DNA from: a virus
Taxonomy: Duplodnaviria > Caudoviricetes
Strand: one strand, 5' to 3'
DNA: 64,000 nt
IMG/VR virus record: IMGVR_UViG_3300020420_000671
The notes beneath the pieces are model-generated. The model saw only the letters and a program-made list of their open reading frames with translations, did no database searches and was not told where the DNA came from. The position numbers were made by a program, and so were the translations under genes. Below, in pieces: positions 27,264-37,071 of this stretch; positions within the stretch are counted from its first letter, which is position 1, and each line of letters begins with the position of its first letter.

Positions 27264-28103
27264 ATGGCAACATACGCAAGTTATAAAAAAGTACCAGGTG
27301 ATAGCATAGCAGACGGAGCAATTACCGGCGATGATATCGCACACGGAAACGGTAACAATTACGGAGTACAGTGGATCTACAATGAACGTGGATTACAATG
27401 TCACCAATGTGCTAGACAAAGTGGTTGTTGTCAACAAGCAAATGGTAAGTGTTGTTACTGGTGTGTACCAGATGGTGCTTCAACAGTAACTTTTGAGATT
27501 TGGTCAGGCGGCGGTGGCGGACCGGGCCATACATGTTGTAACAACTGTTCTTTCACAATTGGAGGAGCAGGAGGAAATTACGCATCAAGAACAATAGCAA
27601 CATCACCAGGATGCCAGTATACAGTATGTGCTGGTGGCGCTTGGCCATGTGGAAAAGCACATGGATGTACAGCAAGTATGGGATGCCGTTCATATGTAAA
27701 TGGCCACAACCTAAGTAACTTCTGTACAGAAGGAGCCTGTGGCGGCTGGATGTGTAACGGAGATGCTTGGGGACCAAGACATACTCACTTTGCTTGTGAA
27801 AACTGTAGAATCTGTGGTATGTTTGGTAATGATTTTGGAATGATGGGATCAACGGGTTGGAACGTAGGACACGGTGGTTGCCATTGTAATTACACTTATT
27901 CAGGCTCAGGACAAACACCATTAATTGGAAAAATGAATGTATCTGTAACTAACCTAGCTTGGTGTAACTGCGGATGCCATATTGAATGGCCAGCAGGTGG
28001 CGGTATGCCGGGTGTAAGTTCGTACTGCGGAAACTGGGCAAAATGTTGTGCGGGTGGCTCTGGACAGGGCGGTTCTGGAGTTGTTAGAATAACTTTTATG
28101 TAA
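27264..28103 (+). CDS. Cys-rich, Gly-rich fibre-tip-like protein, paralogue 3
   Basis: 29 Cys in 279 aa; collinear with its neighbours. Confidence 0.65.
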   Translation: MATYASYKKVPGDSIADGAITGDDIAHGNGNNYGVQWIYNERGLQCHQCARQSGCCQQANGKCCYWCVPDGASTVTFEIWSGGGGGPGHTCCNNCSFTIGGAGGNYASRTIATSPGCQYTVCAGGAWPCGKAHGCTASMGCRSYVNGHNLSNFCTEGACGGWMCNGDAWGPRHTHFACENCRICGMFGNDFGMMGSTGWNVGHGGCHCNYTYSGSGQTPLIGKMNVSVTNLAWCNCGCHIEWPAGGGMPGVSSYCGNWAKCCAGGSGQGGSGVVRITFM

Positions 28104-28133
28104 AATGATAAATACTTGTAGGAGCAAAACGCA

Positions 28134-28925
28134 ATGAGAAGAATAGAAAAACAGTTTACTTACCCAATTTGGGATGAGTGGAGAACAAACAGCTTTACAA
28201 AAGGTATTACTGGAAACCATACTTACAAAGGTCCAGAATTCCTTACTTTAGAAGTAAACAAGGACAAAGATAGTGAAGATTATGGTAAAGAATCTGGCTG
28301 GTGTTTATATCTTAAAAGTGAATTTGAAAGACCCACTGGTGCTGATATTATGAGAATTACTGTAGATTGTAAAGAAAATCCATTGCTTTGTGAAATTGTA
28401 AACGATGAAGGTCGAGAAGATTTAGTTGATATGCGTCGTGGCAGAAAATGGGAAGTACTTTGGGACGCTCCAGACGGATATCCAGATGTAGAATATACAA
28501 AAGAAGTAGAACCAAGAGACGTTTATGATGATCAAAATGTAAAATACGACTTTGATAACGATACATGGATTATCCCAGCACATGATTGGGAAGCTACAGG
28601 TGTTAACAAATCAATTACTTGGAATGATGTTAGAGACGTAAGAGATTCTCATTTACACGAAACTGATGCTAAAGTAGGACAAACAGACGCTCCAGAAGCA
28701 TTACAAAAAGAGTGGACGGACTATAGACAAAAATTAAGAGATCTTCCTGCTGTAATGGAAGCAAAAGGTTACGAACCATGGCAAGCAGTTATGATGTTTC
28801 CAGCTTATCCAAGAGATATGAGAGATCCAGAAGCGTCTTCAGATCCAAATGATCCATACAGAGACGGTGCTTATCCTATTGATGTTGAAGTACACGCTCT
28901 AAGAACATCTGGTAAAAAAGGCTAA
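28134..28925 (+). CDS. Tail-fibre assembly chaperone-like protein
   Basis: C-terminal W..VR..RD..L..TD...W..YRQ.LRDLP motif; follows fibre genes; late box at 28107-28114. Confidence 0.75.
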   Translation: MRRIEKQFTYPIWDEWRTNSFTKGITGNHTYKGPEFLTLEVNKDKDSEDYGKESGWCLYLKSEFERPTGADIMRITVDCKENPLLCEIVNDEGREDLVDMRRGRKWEVLWDAPDGYPDVEYTKEVEPRDVYDDQNVKYDFDNDTWIIPAHDWEATGVNKSITWNDVRDVRDSHLHETDAKVGQTDAPEALQKEWTDYRQKLRDLPAVMEAKGYEPWQAVMMFPAYPRDMRDPEASSDPNDPYRDGAYPIDVEVHALRTSGKKG

Positions 28926-28955
28926 TCACTTTTACTAAACAACCCACTAAAACTC

Positions 28956-28963
28956 TATAAATA
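28956..28963 (+). promoter_or_regulatory. T4-type late promoter heading tailoring block 1
   Basis: Exact TATAAATA, 30 nt upstream of the GT9 start, in the only intergenic gap. Confidence 0.7.
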
Positions 28964-28993
28964 TTTTCGTACAAAGAAATATTGGAGTTTAAT

Positions 28994-30061
28994 TTGTCTC
29001 GAAAAAAAGCATATTTTATGAACGGTGGAGCAGGCCGTGTAATAGCGTCTATTCCTGCCTTTGAAAAGTTATACGAAAATGATCAAGACTTTATTATTGT
29101 ATGTGAAGGAGGCATGGACTTTTATAAGGGTCATCCACAATTACATGAATTAGCATACGATCATTGGCATAAAAATTTATTTAAAGATTATATCAAAGAC
29201 AGAGATTGTATTACTCCTGAACCATATAGGGTTTGGGAATATTATAATCAACAATGTAGTTTAGCACAAGCATTTGACATAGCCATAAACAACGAAGGCA
29301 TCAGAGATTTATCTGACCCTAAAATTTATATGAACAAACATGAACTTGTTCAAGGATATAAAGTTGTTGAAGAAATAAAAGCAGTCACTGGCAAAGACAA
29401 AGTTGTAGTTTTTCAACCGTTTGGAAGAACAGCAGAGAACATGGGCGACTTTGTAATTGACGGAACATCAAGAAGTTTCCATCTTAATGACGTAATTAAA
29501 ATTTGTAAAGACCTAAGAGATGATTATGCTGTTATCATAATGAGTGAATTCCCTGTGACAGTAGAAGAAAATCCAAAAGTACCAGTAGCAGTTCCACAAA
29601 TACCTGATGTGAGAGTTTGGTCTAGTGTAATTCAAATAGCAGATCATTTTATAGGCTGTGATAGTTTAGGACAACACATGGCAAAAGCATTAGGAACGAC
29701 ATGTACAAGTGTTATTGGTAGTACATATCCTATTAACATTTCATATCCTAACAGTCCAGACTTTGATGTTATAGACTTAGGAGAAGGAAAAAGAAAATTT
29801 AGCCCAATAAGATTATCAATGGAAGACGAAATTGAAAGATACAATGACGAAGTTATGGAGTTAACTGATGAAACCTTTAAACAAATTATATCAAGTGCTC
29901 GTAAAAGGCTTGGTAAGCCTAGGACTTATACGGGAACGTACAAACCCGAACAAGGACAACAAGGAGAAGTCTGCCCAACGCATGGGGTTGTCCACAAAAA
30001 TGATGCAGGAGTAACACACGCAAATCAACCTGCCCAAATTTTAGGAAGGACTGGACAATGA
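28994..30061 (+). CDS. GT9-family (ADP-heptose heptosyltransferase-like) glycosyltransferase
   Basis: N-terminal GGAGR.I...P; C-terminal ADHFIGCDS.GQH.A.ALG...V.GST, the GT9 signature. TTG start chosen from GGAG 6 nt upstream. Confidence 0.75.
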   Translation: MSRKKAYFMNGGAGRVIASIPAFEKLYENDQDFIIVCEGGMDFYKGHPQLHELAYDHWHKNLFKDYIKDRDCITPEPYRVWEYYNQQCSLAQAFDIAINNEGIRDLSDPKIYMNKHELVQGYKVVEEIKAVTGKDKVVVFQPFGRTAENMGDFVIDGTSRSFHLNDVIKICKDLRDDYAVIIMSEFPVTVEENPKVPVAVPQIPDVRVWSSVIQIADHFIGCDSLGQHMAKALGTTCTSVIGSTYPINISYPNSPDFDVIDLGEGKRKFSPIRLSMEDEIERYNDEVMELTDETFKQIISSARKRLGKPRTYTGTYKPEQGQQGEVCPTHGVVHKNDAGVTHANQPAQILGRTGQ

Positions 30062-31881
30062 CACAATGGATAGGAGCAATCACAAGAGGTCATAATGGTG
30101 GTGCCGTGTTATTAAAAGACGGTGAAATTGTTTTTGCTATTGAAGAAGAAAGATTATCAAGAAAAAAATATGATGGTGGTCCATTTGCCGCCATGATAAA
30201 GTTCAAAGAATTTACAGATAAGTTAGATTATCTAGTGGTTGCTCATACTCAACCTTTAGAAGAATCTAGCAGAGTTGATTTTAGCGGTGGAGATATTTAC
30301 ACAGGACTAGCTAGAAAATTAGGATTAATAGATGGCAAAGATTCTGCTTATGATCAAAACTTTAAACATAGGCAAGTAATAGATTTAAGTCATATTCATC
30401 ATAAGCTACATGCCGCTTGTGCTTTTTATAGATCAGGTTTCGAATCAGCAACAGCAGTAATAGTTGACGGGGCCGGAACTTTTATTCCTATGAATATAAA
30501 TTCTGGAACTTTTAATGAAGAATTTATGACATGGGAGTGCGAAAGTGTATTTTCATGTAACTATCCAGATGACTTTAAAACATTGTATAAGCATCAAGGA
30601 GGAAATGGTCCTTATCCTGGCACACATATTACGCAAATTCCTAGTGACAGAGAAGGAGAAGAAGGATTTCATGAATTGGTGTTGGATGACTCAGCAGGAA
30701 TAGTTAAAGCCTACGAAGCAGTAACACAATATTGCGGATTTCAACCAATCGAAGCAGGAAAAACAATGGGCTTGGCTCCATATGGCAAACCAAATTCTAA
30801 TATTCCTGCTATCTATACAGATGGTTCAGGAGGAAAGTGGAGAACTGCTGATAGAAATGTTATTATTCCTACATATCCCAATGCCGCTTTAGTAAACGAC
30901 GGCAAATATGATTATTTGTATACATCAACAGACTTACAAAATAGCAAAGTTGATCTAACCACGTTAGAAAACAGAAGAGATCTTGCTTATGCTGTCCAAG
31001 ACGAATCACAACAAGAAGTTTTAAAATTAATTTTTAAAGCTGTTGAAATGACGGGAAATAAAAATGTTGTATTAAGTGGAGGATACGCACTTAACTGTGT
31101 GGCAAATTATTGGTATCTAGATAAACTTAATAAAGAAGATATAAAGTTATACGTTGAACCTGTATCAAGTGATGCTGGAACAGCTATAGGAGCCGCTTTA
31201 TTATTATATCATCAACTAACAAAAGATAAGAAAGTAAGATCATATACAGAAACAATTTATGAAGGATTCAAATATCATTTGACTCTAAATGACATCGATA
31301 ACATTGCTGAAAAATATGGAGCAAGTACAAGTGACGTTGATCATAAAAAGGTTGTTGAGATCATCCGTAACAAAAATATTGTTGCTCTATGGCAAGATAG
31401 ATCCGAAAATGGACCAAGAGCTTTGGGAAATAGAAGTTTGTTATTCGATCCTACTATTGAAGATGGTAAAGATCATGTGAACAGAGTTAAACGTAGAGAA
31501 TATTTTAGACCTTTTGCTGGAACTATAATGTTAGATCATGCTAACGATTGGTTTGATATGCGTGGTTTAGAACAATCTCCTCATATGATGTACGCAATGA
31601 ATTGTAAAGATGGCGTTGCTGAAAAAATTCCTAGTATAATTCATGTAGACGGAACCTGTAGAATACAAACTGTAACTCAAGAACAAAATAAACATTACTA
31701 TGACATCATAAAAGAGTTTTACGATCAATCCGGTGTGCCTATAATTTTCAACACAAGTTTTAATTTAGGCGGAGAACCGTTGGTAGAAACATTAGATGAT
31801 GCTGTGAGAACATTATATAACAGTGAAATTGAATATCTTTATCTACCAGAATTTGGAAAATTGGTAGAAATGAAGAATTAA
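30058..31881 (+). CDS. O-carbamoyltransferase (NodU/CmcH/TobZ family)
   Basis: EEERLSR.K, HH..HA, DGAG, GKTMGLAPYG, SGG.ALNC.AN, DAG.A.GAA, GPRALGNRS, RE..RPFA, HVDGT.R.QTV, NTSFN. Confidence 0.93.
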   Translation: MTQWIGAITRGHNGGAVLLKDGEIVFAIEEERLSRKKYDGGPFAAMIKFKEFTDKLDYLVVAHTQPLEESSRVDFSGGDIYTGLARKLGLIDGKDSAYDQNFKHRQVIDLSHIHHKLHAACAFYRSGFESATAVIVDGAGTFIPMNINSGTFNEEFMTWECESVFSCNYPDDFKTLYKHQGGNGPYPGTHITQIPSDREGEEGFHELVLDDSAGIVKAYEAVTQYCGFQPIEAGKTMGLAPYGKPNSNIPAIYTDGSGGKWRTADRNVIIPTYPNAALVNDGKYDYLYTSTDLQNSKVDLTTLENRRDLAYAVQDESQQEVLKLIFKAVEMTGNKNVVLSGGYALNCVANYWYLDKLNKEDIKLYVEPVSSDAGTAIGAALLLYHQLTKDKKVRSYTETIYEGFKYHLTLNDIDNIAEKYGASTSDVDHKKVVEIIRNKNIVALWQDRSENGPRALGNRSLLFDPTIEDGKDHVNRVKRREYFRPFAGTIMLDHANDWFDMRGLEQSPHMMYAMNCKDGVAEKIPSIIHVDGTCRIQTVTQEQNKHYYDIIKEFYDQSGVPIIFNTSFNLGGEPLVETLDDAVRTLYNSEIEYLYLPEFGKLVEMKN

Positions 31882-32492
31882 TGTTCATAGATTTATATTC
31901 AATTCCAGTTTTTGCCGAACCATTAAGCACACATGATGAAGTAAAAGAAGATTTTACTAACATAATACAAGATGATAGTAACTTTAACAAGTATCCTAGC
32001 TGGTATTGTAATGTAGACACTACTTTCGGACTTCCAGATTCAAATAAATTACCCTTTAATAACTTTATTAAAGGTGCGGTTGCTGGATTAAACACTTATC
32101 TTTCAAAGTTAGGAGTTGATCATTCAGTATCTTATGGAGTTGAATGTTGGTTAAACAGATATAGTAAAAATCAACACCAAGAATTACACAATCATGCTGG
32201 TGAAAGCGTAATAAGTTGTGCTTACATGCTTAAACTTCCTCCAGATAGCGGTAGATTTGTGTTTTATAGAAACACTTATGACTTCTTCCACGGTAGTGCT
32301 CTACCTAGTTGTAGTTCGGAACCTTTCAAATACAACAACAGGATAACTCCTCCATTGCGTGAAGGAGACATTGTATTTTTTCCAAGTGTTTTAGAACACT
32401 ATGTTACTGTGAATGAAAGTGATAAAACAAGAGCTACTATCAGTGCCAACTTTATTATCAAAGAGAGAACAGATGAAGAAAAACAAAATTAA
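31881..32492 (+). CDS. 2OG-Fe(II) oxygenase (TIGR02466-like)
   Basis: W.N.Y...H.E.HNH, IS..Y, GD.VFFPS.L.H.V, R.TISANF. Confidence 0.85.
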   Translation: MFIDLYSIPVFAEPLSTHDEVKEDFTNIIQDDSNFNKYPSWYCNVDTTFGLPDSNKLPFNNFIKGAVAGLNTYLSKLGVDHSVSYGVECWLNRYSKNQHQELHNHAGESVISCAYMLKLPPDSGRFVFYRNTYDFFHGSALPSCSSEPFKYNNRITPPLREGDIVFFPSVLEHYVTVNESDKTRATISANFIIKERTDEEKQN

Positions 32493-33180
32493 TGAAGAAG
32501 AAGTTTTTGAAATCAATAAAGACTACTCTGTAACTATAAAAAAATTAGGAAGAAAACAGACAGTAGTTGTAGTTGTTGATGATTTTTACAAAAATCCTAT
32601 GAGCGTAAGACAATTAGCTTTGGATATACCAGCTTCATCAAATCAACGTATTAGAGGAAATAACCCTGCTTGGAGAATTAACGCTTTTTACGTTTTAGAT
32701 TCAATGTCTTGGATATTTGATCAGCTATGTAGACAGTATTACCCTAACATAATGTCTAATTGGTCAGCAAACATGATGGCAGAAAGTTTTATGAGGGCTA
32801 CTTTTATGGTAAACGTAATGCAATCCGAAAATTTACCACCTATGTCTCCGCACATGGACAATCCTAGTGGTCTAAATTTTGCTAGTACCATTTATTTGAA
32901 TACAGAAAACGAAAGTAATGGTGGAACTTCCTTTTATGAGTTTGCCGGAAAGGAGTCTATACAAGATCCTGATCAGTATAACTACTATGACAAACAAAAA
33001 ACGACTCCTATAACAAAATATATCACAGAATCAATAGGAGATTGGGAAATGACTGGTATTGTTCCCATGAAATTTAATAGAATGGTGTTGTATCCGCAGA
33101 ACATGTTACATACAGCATACGTTAAACCAGGAATGTTTTATGAGGATTTATATAGACTGAACCAACAGTTCTTTATTTAG
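32473..33180 (+). CDS. 2OG-Fe(II) oxygenase-like protein (DUF6445-like)
   Basis: VVDDFY.NP..VR..AL, PHMD (HxD), ..YLN, GGTSFY, M.FNR.VLY....LH. Start set at ATG 32473. Confidence 0.75.
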   Translation: MKKNKINEEEVFEINKDYSVTIKKLGRKQTVVVVVDDFYKNPMSVRQLALDIPASSNQRIRGNNPAWRINAFYVLDSMSWIFDQLCRQYYPNIMSNWSANMMAESFMRATFMVNVMQSENLPPMSPHMDNPSGLNFASTIYLNTENESNGGTSFYEFAGKESIQDPDQYNYYDKQKTTPITKYITESIGDWEMTGIVPMKFNRMVLYPQNMLHTAYVKPGMFYEDLYRLNQQFFI

Positions 33181-33188
33181 GAGGTAAG

Positions 33189-33764
33189 ATGGAAGGTGAT
33201 TTTAACGGTATAGAAGAATACAAACATGTGTTCCCTTTAGACTATTGTAAAAAGTTAATTGAAACATTTGAACAACGTGCTTCTATGCAATTAACTGAAC
33301 ATCAAACAGGATTTAAAAATCAAGATGAAAGAATATTCATGGATCTAGCTAACCATAACAATATGTTTCATGTAGACGCAGACCTGTGTAAGTTTTTCTA
33401 TCAAACTGTAATGACAACGTATGAAGAGAAATATAGATCAAAATATGATAGTTTAGCCGCGGTTGTACAACATTCTCCAAAAGGAATGAGCATACAAAAG
33501 ACAAGACCACATCAAGGATACCATGCTTGGCATTGTGAAAACGCAGATTTATGTACTTCTTCGAGAGTAATGGCATACACTTTGTATCTAAACGCTGTAG
33601 AAGAAGGTGGAGAAACAGAATTTTTATACCAAGGCGTGAAAATAAAACCAGAACCTGGTAAGTTAGCATTCTTTCCAGCTTATTATACTCATCCGCATAG
33701 GGGAAATCCTATTTACAAAGGAATAAAGTACATAGTATCTGGATGGTACACTTTAGACGAATAG
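33189..33764 (+). CDS. 2OG-Fe(II) oxygenase (prolyl-4-hydroxylase-like)
   Basis: YHAWH.E, YTLYLN...GGETEF, P.PG....FP..YTH.HRG, KYI.SGW. Confidence 0.88.
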   Translation: MEGDFNGIEEYKHVFPLDYCKKLIETFEQRASMQLTEHQTGFKNQDERIFMDLANHNNMFHVDADLCKFFYQTVMTTYEEKYRSKYDSLAAVVQHSPKGMSIQKTRPHQGYHAWHCENADLCTSSRVMAYTLYLNAVEEGGETEFLYQGVKIKPEPGKLAFFPAYYTHPHRGNPIYKGIKYIVSGWYTLDE

Positions 33765-33772
33765 GAGTAACG

Positions 33773-34138
33773 ATGAAATTATTAATAGCAGTACTAGCAG
33801 TATTTACAGCAGTAGCAGTATTTACAGACACAAGAGCAAAAGCAGGAGAATGGAATGAAAAACCTGTCATGTGCGGAGAGGAAACAGAAGTTTTTGGACT
33901 TATGGGTTCAAAAGATGAACAATTATTGTTTTCAGGCGACATGTTTGCTAAAGTAAAAGATCCTGATGAAGCAAATGGATTGTCACCAACACCTGCTATT
34001 TTGCCTTTGGCCGTTTATGTTAATTTTAAAACAGGAACTTTTACTATTGTAGAGCGTCATGGAGATCCTTACAATGTATATTGTATTATTGCCATAGGAG
34101 CAGGTATGAAACTTCCTAATTATGGAGAGATGGAGTGA
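33773..34138 (+). CDS. Small exported protein with a predicted signal peptide
   Basis: MK + hydrophobic stretch + AKA cleavage-like site; SD AGGAG before ATG 33773; two Cys in the mature part. Confidence 0.55.
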   Translation: MKLLIAVLAVFTAVAVFTDTRAKAGEWNEKPVMCGEETEVFGLMGSKDEQLLFSGDMFAKVKDPDEANGLSPTPAILPLAVYVNFKTGTFTIVERHGDPYNVYCIIAIGAGMKLPNYGEME

Positions 34139-35592
34139 AAATTTGTGTTGTAGGTGGTGGTACAGCTGGATTTGTTGCCGCACTTATACTTAAAAAAAGT
34201 TATCCGCAGTATACGGTTGACGTAATTCGAAGCACCAAGATTGGAACTATAGGTGTTGGTGAAGGAAGCACTGAACATTGGCAAGCCTTTATGGATTTCT
34301 GTAACATCACTGCTGGAGAATTAATAAAAGAAACAGATGCAACATTTAAATCAGGTATTATGTTTCAAAATTGGAGTAAAAATGATTTTTTACAAAGTGT
34401 TCATGATCCTTTTGTAGGTGAACACCTTGGATTACCTTTGACTTATGCTAAACTTTTATCAGATAACGTTCATCCTAAAGAACTTGTAGGAGCATACACA
34501 TGGAAGAGTCATCAACCATTCAACAAATATATGGACGAAAGGCCTAATGATACAGGAGTAAGCCAATATCATTTCAATACCAGCAAGTTAAATGACTTTC
34601 TAACAAAAAAAGCAATACAATATGGTTGCCAAGTAGTAGATGATGAAATTACTGCTATCAATATGCCAGACGGCAAAAATATTACCAGCTTGAAAGGAGA
34701 AAAGTCTGATTATCATTATGACTTTTATATTGATTCTACAGGATTCAAACGTTTACTTATAGAAAAGATGGGAGCCAAATGGCAAAGTTATTCTAAATAT
34801 TTAAAAATGAAAGAAGCTATTGTATTTCCAACTGAAGAAGAAGATGAAATACCTGTTTGGACAGTTGCTAGGGCTATGAACAGTGGATGGCTGTTTAGAA
34901 TTCCTGTTTGGGGTCGCAAAGGCAACGGTTATATATATGACAGTGATTTTATTACTCCGGAAGAAGCTAAAATAGAAGCAGAAGCATACCTAGGACACGA
35001 AGTGTCTGTGGCTAAGAATATAAAATTTGATCCAGGAGCATTAGATAAGCCTTGGATTAACAATGTTTGTGCTATAGGATTGTCGGCTAGCTTCGTAGAA
35101 CCACTTGAGGCCAGCAGTATAGGCACAAGTATTAATCAAAGTTTTTTATTAGCACAACGTATTGTAAATTATAATATGCCTACTATTCAAAGATACAACG
35201 AAGAAGTCGAATCGATTATGAATAATATAAGAGACTTTATTTGTTTACACTATATTACTGATAAAGATGATACAGAATTTTGGAAACACATAAAAGAAAC
35301 TGAAATGCCTGATAGCCTAGCAAATAATTTAGACATGTGGCGAACAAGATTACCAGTAGCAGATGATTTTACAGATAAAACCAAAAAAGTTTTGTTCAAC
35401 GAATACAATTATATATTAGTAATGTATGGTCTTGGATTGATTGACACACAAGCTGTAAAAAAACAATATGAAAGTATTCCGCCTGAAGCAAAAGAATTTG
35501 TAAATAGACAAATCACTGCTAAAAAAGAAAATGACAGGTTAAAATGTGTTCCGCATAAACTGATGTTAGACTTAATACGGAGATTATCGTGA
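34135..35592 (+). CDS. Flavin-dependent halogenase (tryptophan halogenase/PrnA family), copy 1
   Basis: VVGGGTAG, GVGEGS, ATFKSGI (catalytic Lys position), IDSTGF, W.FRIP (variant of WxWxIP), FVEPLEASSI. Confidence 0.88.
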   Translation: MKICVVGGGTAGFVAALILKKSYPQYTVDVIRSTKIGTIGVGEGSTEHWQAFMDFCNITAGELIKETDATFKSGIMFQNWSKNDFLQSVHDPFVGEHLGLPLTYAKLLSDNVHPKELVGAYTWKSHQPFNKYMDERPNDTGVSQYHFNTSKLNDFLTKKAIQYGCQVVDDEITAINMPDGKNITSLKGEKSDYHYDFYIDSTGFKRLLIEKMGAKWQSYSKYLKMKEAIVFPTEEEDEIPVWTVARAMNSGWLFRIPVWGRKGNGYIYDSDFITPEEAKIEAEAYLGHEVSVAKNIKFDPGALDKPWINNVCAIGLSASFVEPLEASSIGTSINQSFLLAQRIVNYNMPTIQRYNEEVESIMNNIRDFICLHYITDKDDTEFWKHIKETEMPDSLANNLDMWRTRLPVADDFTDKTKKVLFNEYNYILVMYGLGLIDTQAVKKQYESIPPEAKEFVNRQITAKKENDRLKCVPHKLMLDLIRRLS

Positions 35593-36452
35593 GAATATTT
35601 GCGTTTGGTTGTAGCCTAACACAATATTTTTATCCTACTTGGGCAGATATACTCATTCATCATTACAAAACCAAAGGTTACGAAGGTTCAAACTGGGCAA
35701 AAAGCGGAGCAGGTAACATGTATATCAACATGCGCCTATGGGAAGCTAACACCATACACAAATTTAACAAAGACGATGTAATTCTTTTACAATGGTCAAG
35801 TATGTACAGAGAAGATAGATACCATATGGGCAAAGGATGGTGGACACCTGGAAATTTTAGTAGACAAACAATTAACAGTGAAAATAGTTTTATGTTGAAT
35901 AATTATTTTTATCAAAACACTTGGACCTGGGCAGATATAATGCATTGTACGATGCGTGATTGTGCTACAATAAGTGCTACTCACAAAGCATTAGACACTA
36001 TAGGTTGTAAAGTTTACTCAACTTATTTTAGAGATCCATTTGAGGGTTGGGAAGATGCTCCTAAGCACTTCAATCAAACTAATCCCAAACTTGAACTTGA
36101 GGATGTGGGAGCGGTTTTAGAATCTTACAGAGAAGATATTGCTACTACCTGTCCTCCAATTTTAAACGCACTTGATTTTGGAACCGATAAAGATTTTTTT
36201 GTAACGAGACCAAAAAGTGTTCCTAGCTTGAAGGAAGAACACCAGCACATGAATATACATGAACTACACCCATTGACTCACGAAGCCGCTCAATTTGTCG
36301 AAAAACATATAGAGCCTTTATCTACAGAAACAAAACAATTCGTAGATGATTGGGAGAAAAAATTAACAGCTAATGATCCTATTATACTTGAAGAACTAGA
36401 ATGGCATAATAAAGATAAAATTGGCTGGTCAGATGATAGATGGAGACCGTAA
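35589..36452 (+). CDS. SGNH/GDSL-like hydrolase or acyltransferase
   Basis: N-terminal FGCS (GDS-like), N.A.SGAG, LQWS, late HP motif; GTG start overlapping the halogenase stop. Confidence 0.5.
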   Translation: MRIFAFGCSLTQYFYPTWADILIHHYKTKGYEGSNWAKSGAGNMYINMRLWEANTIHKFNKDDVILLQWSSMYREDRYHMGKGWWTPGNFSRQTINSENSFMLNNYFYQNTWTWADIMHCTMRDCATISATHKALDTIGCKVYSTYFRDPFEGWEDAPKHFNQTNPKLELEDVGAVLESYREDIATTCPPILNALDFGTDKDFFVTRPKSVPSLKEEHQHMNIHELHPLTHEAAQFVEKHIEPLSTETKQFVDDWEKKLTANDPIILEELEWHNKDKIGWSDDRWRP

Positions 36453-37015
36453 TGTCAATACCAGTAATAGGACTAGATAGAGACGGCACAATTAATGAAG
36501 ACATAGGTGGTTACGTTACCAAGCCAGATCAGTTTAAAGCAATACAAGGTAGCTTAGAAGCTGTTAAAATGATAAGAAACAAAGGGTATGACGTAGTCAT
36601 ACTAACTAATCAAGCAGGCATACAAAAAGGTATTATGGACGCAGTTGACGTTGATATTGTTCATAATCATATGATGACATTGTTAGGTGAAATAGGATGT
36701 AAAAGTATAAACGGATTATACTACTCAACCACACCATTTAAAGATGATCCGTATAGAAAACCTAACACAGGAATGTTTAAACGTGCGGCAAGTGAAATAG
36801 GAGTTGACTGGTCAAACGGTGTATATGTAGGAGATAAGATAACTGATCTAAAAGCCGCTGTAAAAGCCAAAGCAAAGCCAATACTTGTTAAGACTGGTTA
36901 TGGTTTAGAGACTGCTAAGAAGTTAGAAACGTTTGCTAACAAAGATTTAAAGAAAAAAACAGAAGTATTTGATAATCTACTAGCTTATGCCCATTCATTA
37001 GTGGATATTTCCTAA
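36452..37015 (+). CDS. gmhB: D-glycero-D-manno-heptose-1,7-bisphosphate phosphatase (HAD family)
   Basis: LDRDGTIN, ILTNQAGI, RKPNTGM, VGD..TDL; the Zn-binding Cys motif of E. coli GmhB is absent. Confidence 0.8.
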   Translation: MSIPVIGLDRDGTINEDIGGYVTKPDQFKAIQGSLEAVKMIRNKGYDVVILTNQAGIQKGIMDAVDVDIVHNHMMTLLGEIGCKSINGLYYSTTPFKDDPYRKPNTGMFKRAASEIGVDWSNGVYVGDKITDLKAAVKAKAKPILVKTGYGLETAKKLETFANKDLKKKTEVFDNLLAYAHSLVDIS

Positions 37016-37071
37016 AATATTAAAGCTCTACATATCAGTGCAAAACGATAAATACAGTATGGAGCAGGTAA

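Noticed and set aside
25566-28103. Triplicated genes as a possible diversity-generating retroelement target or template
   Set aside because: Differences are spread over all bases with many synonymous changes, there is no adenine-specific near-identical repeat pair, and no reverse transcriptase is in the window.
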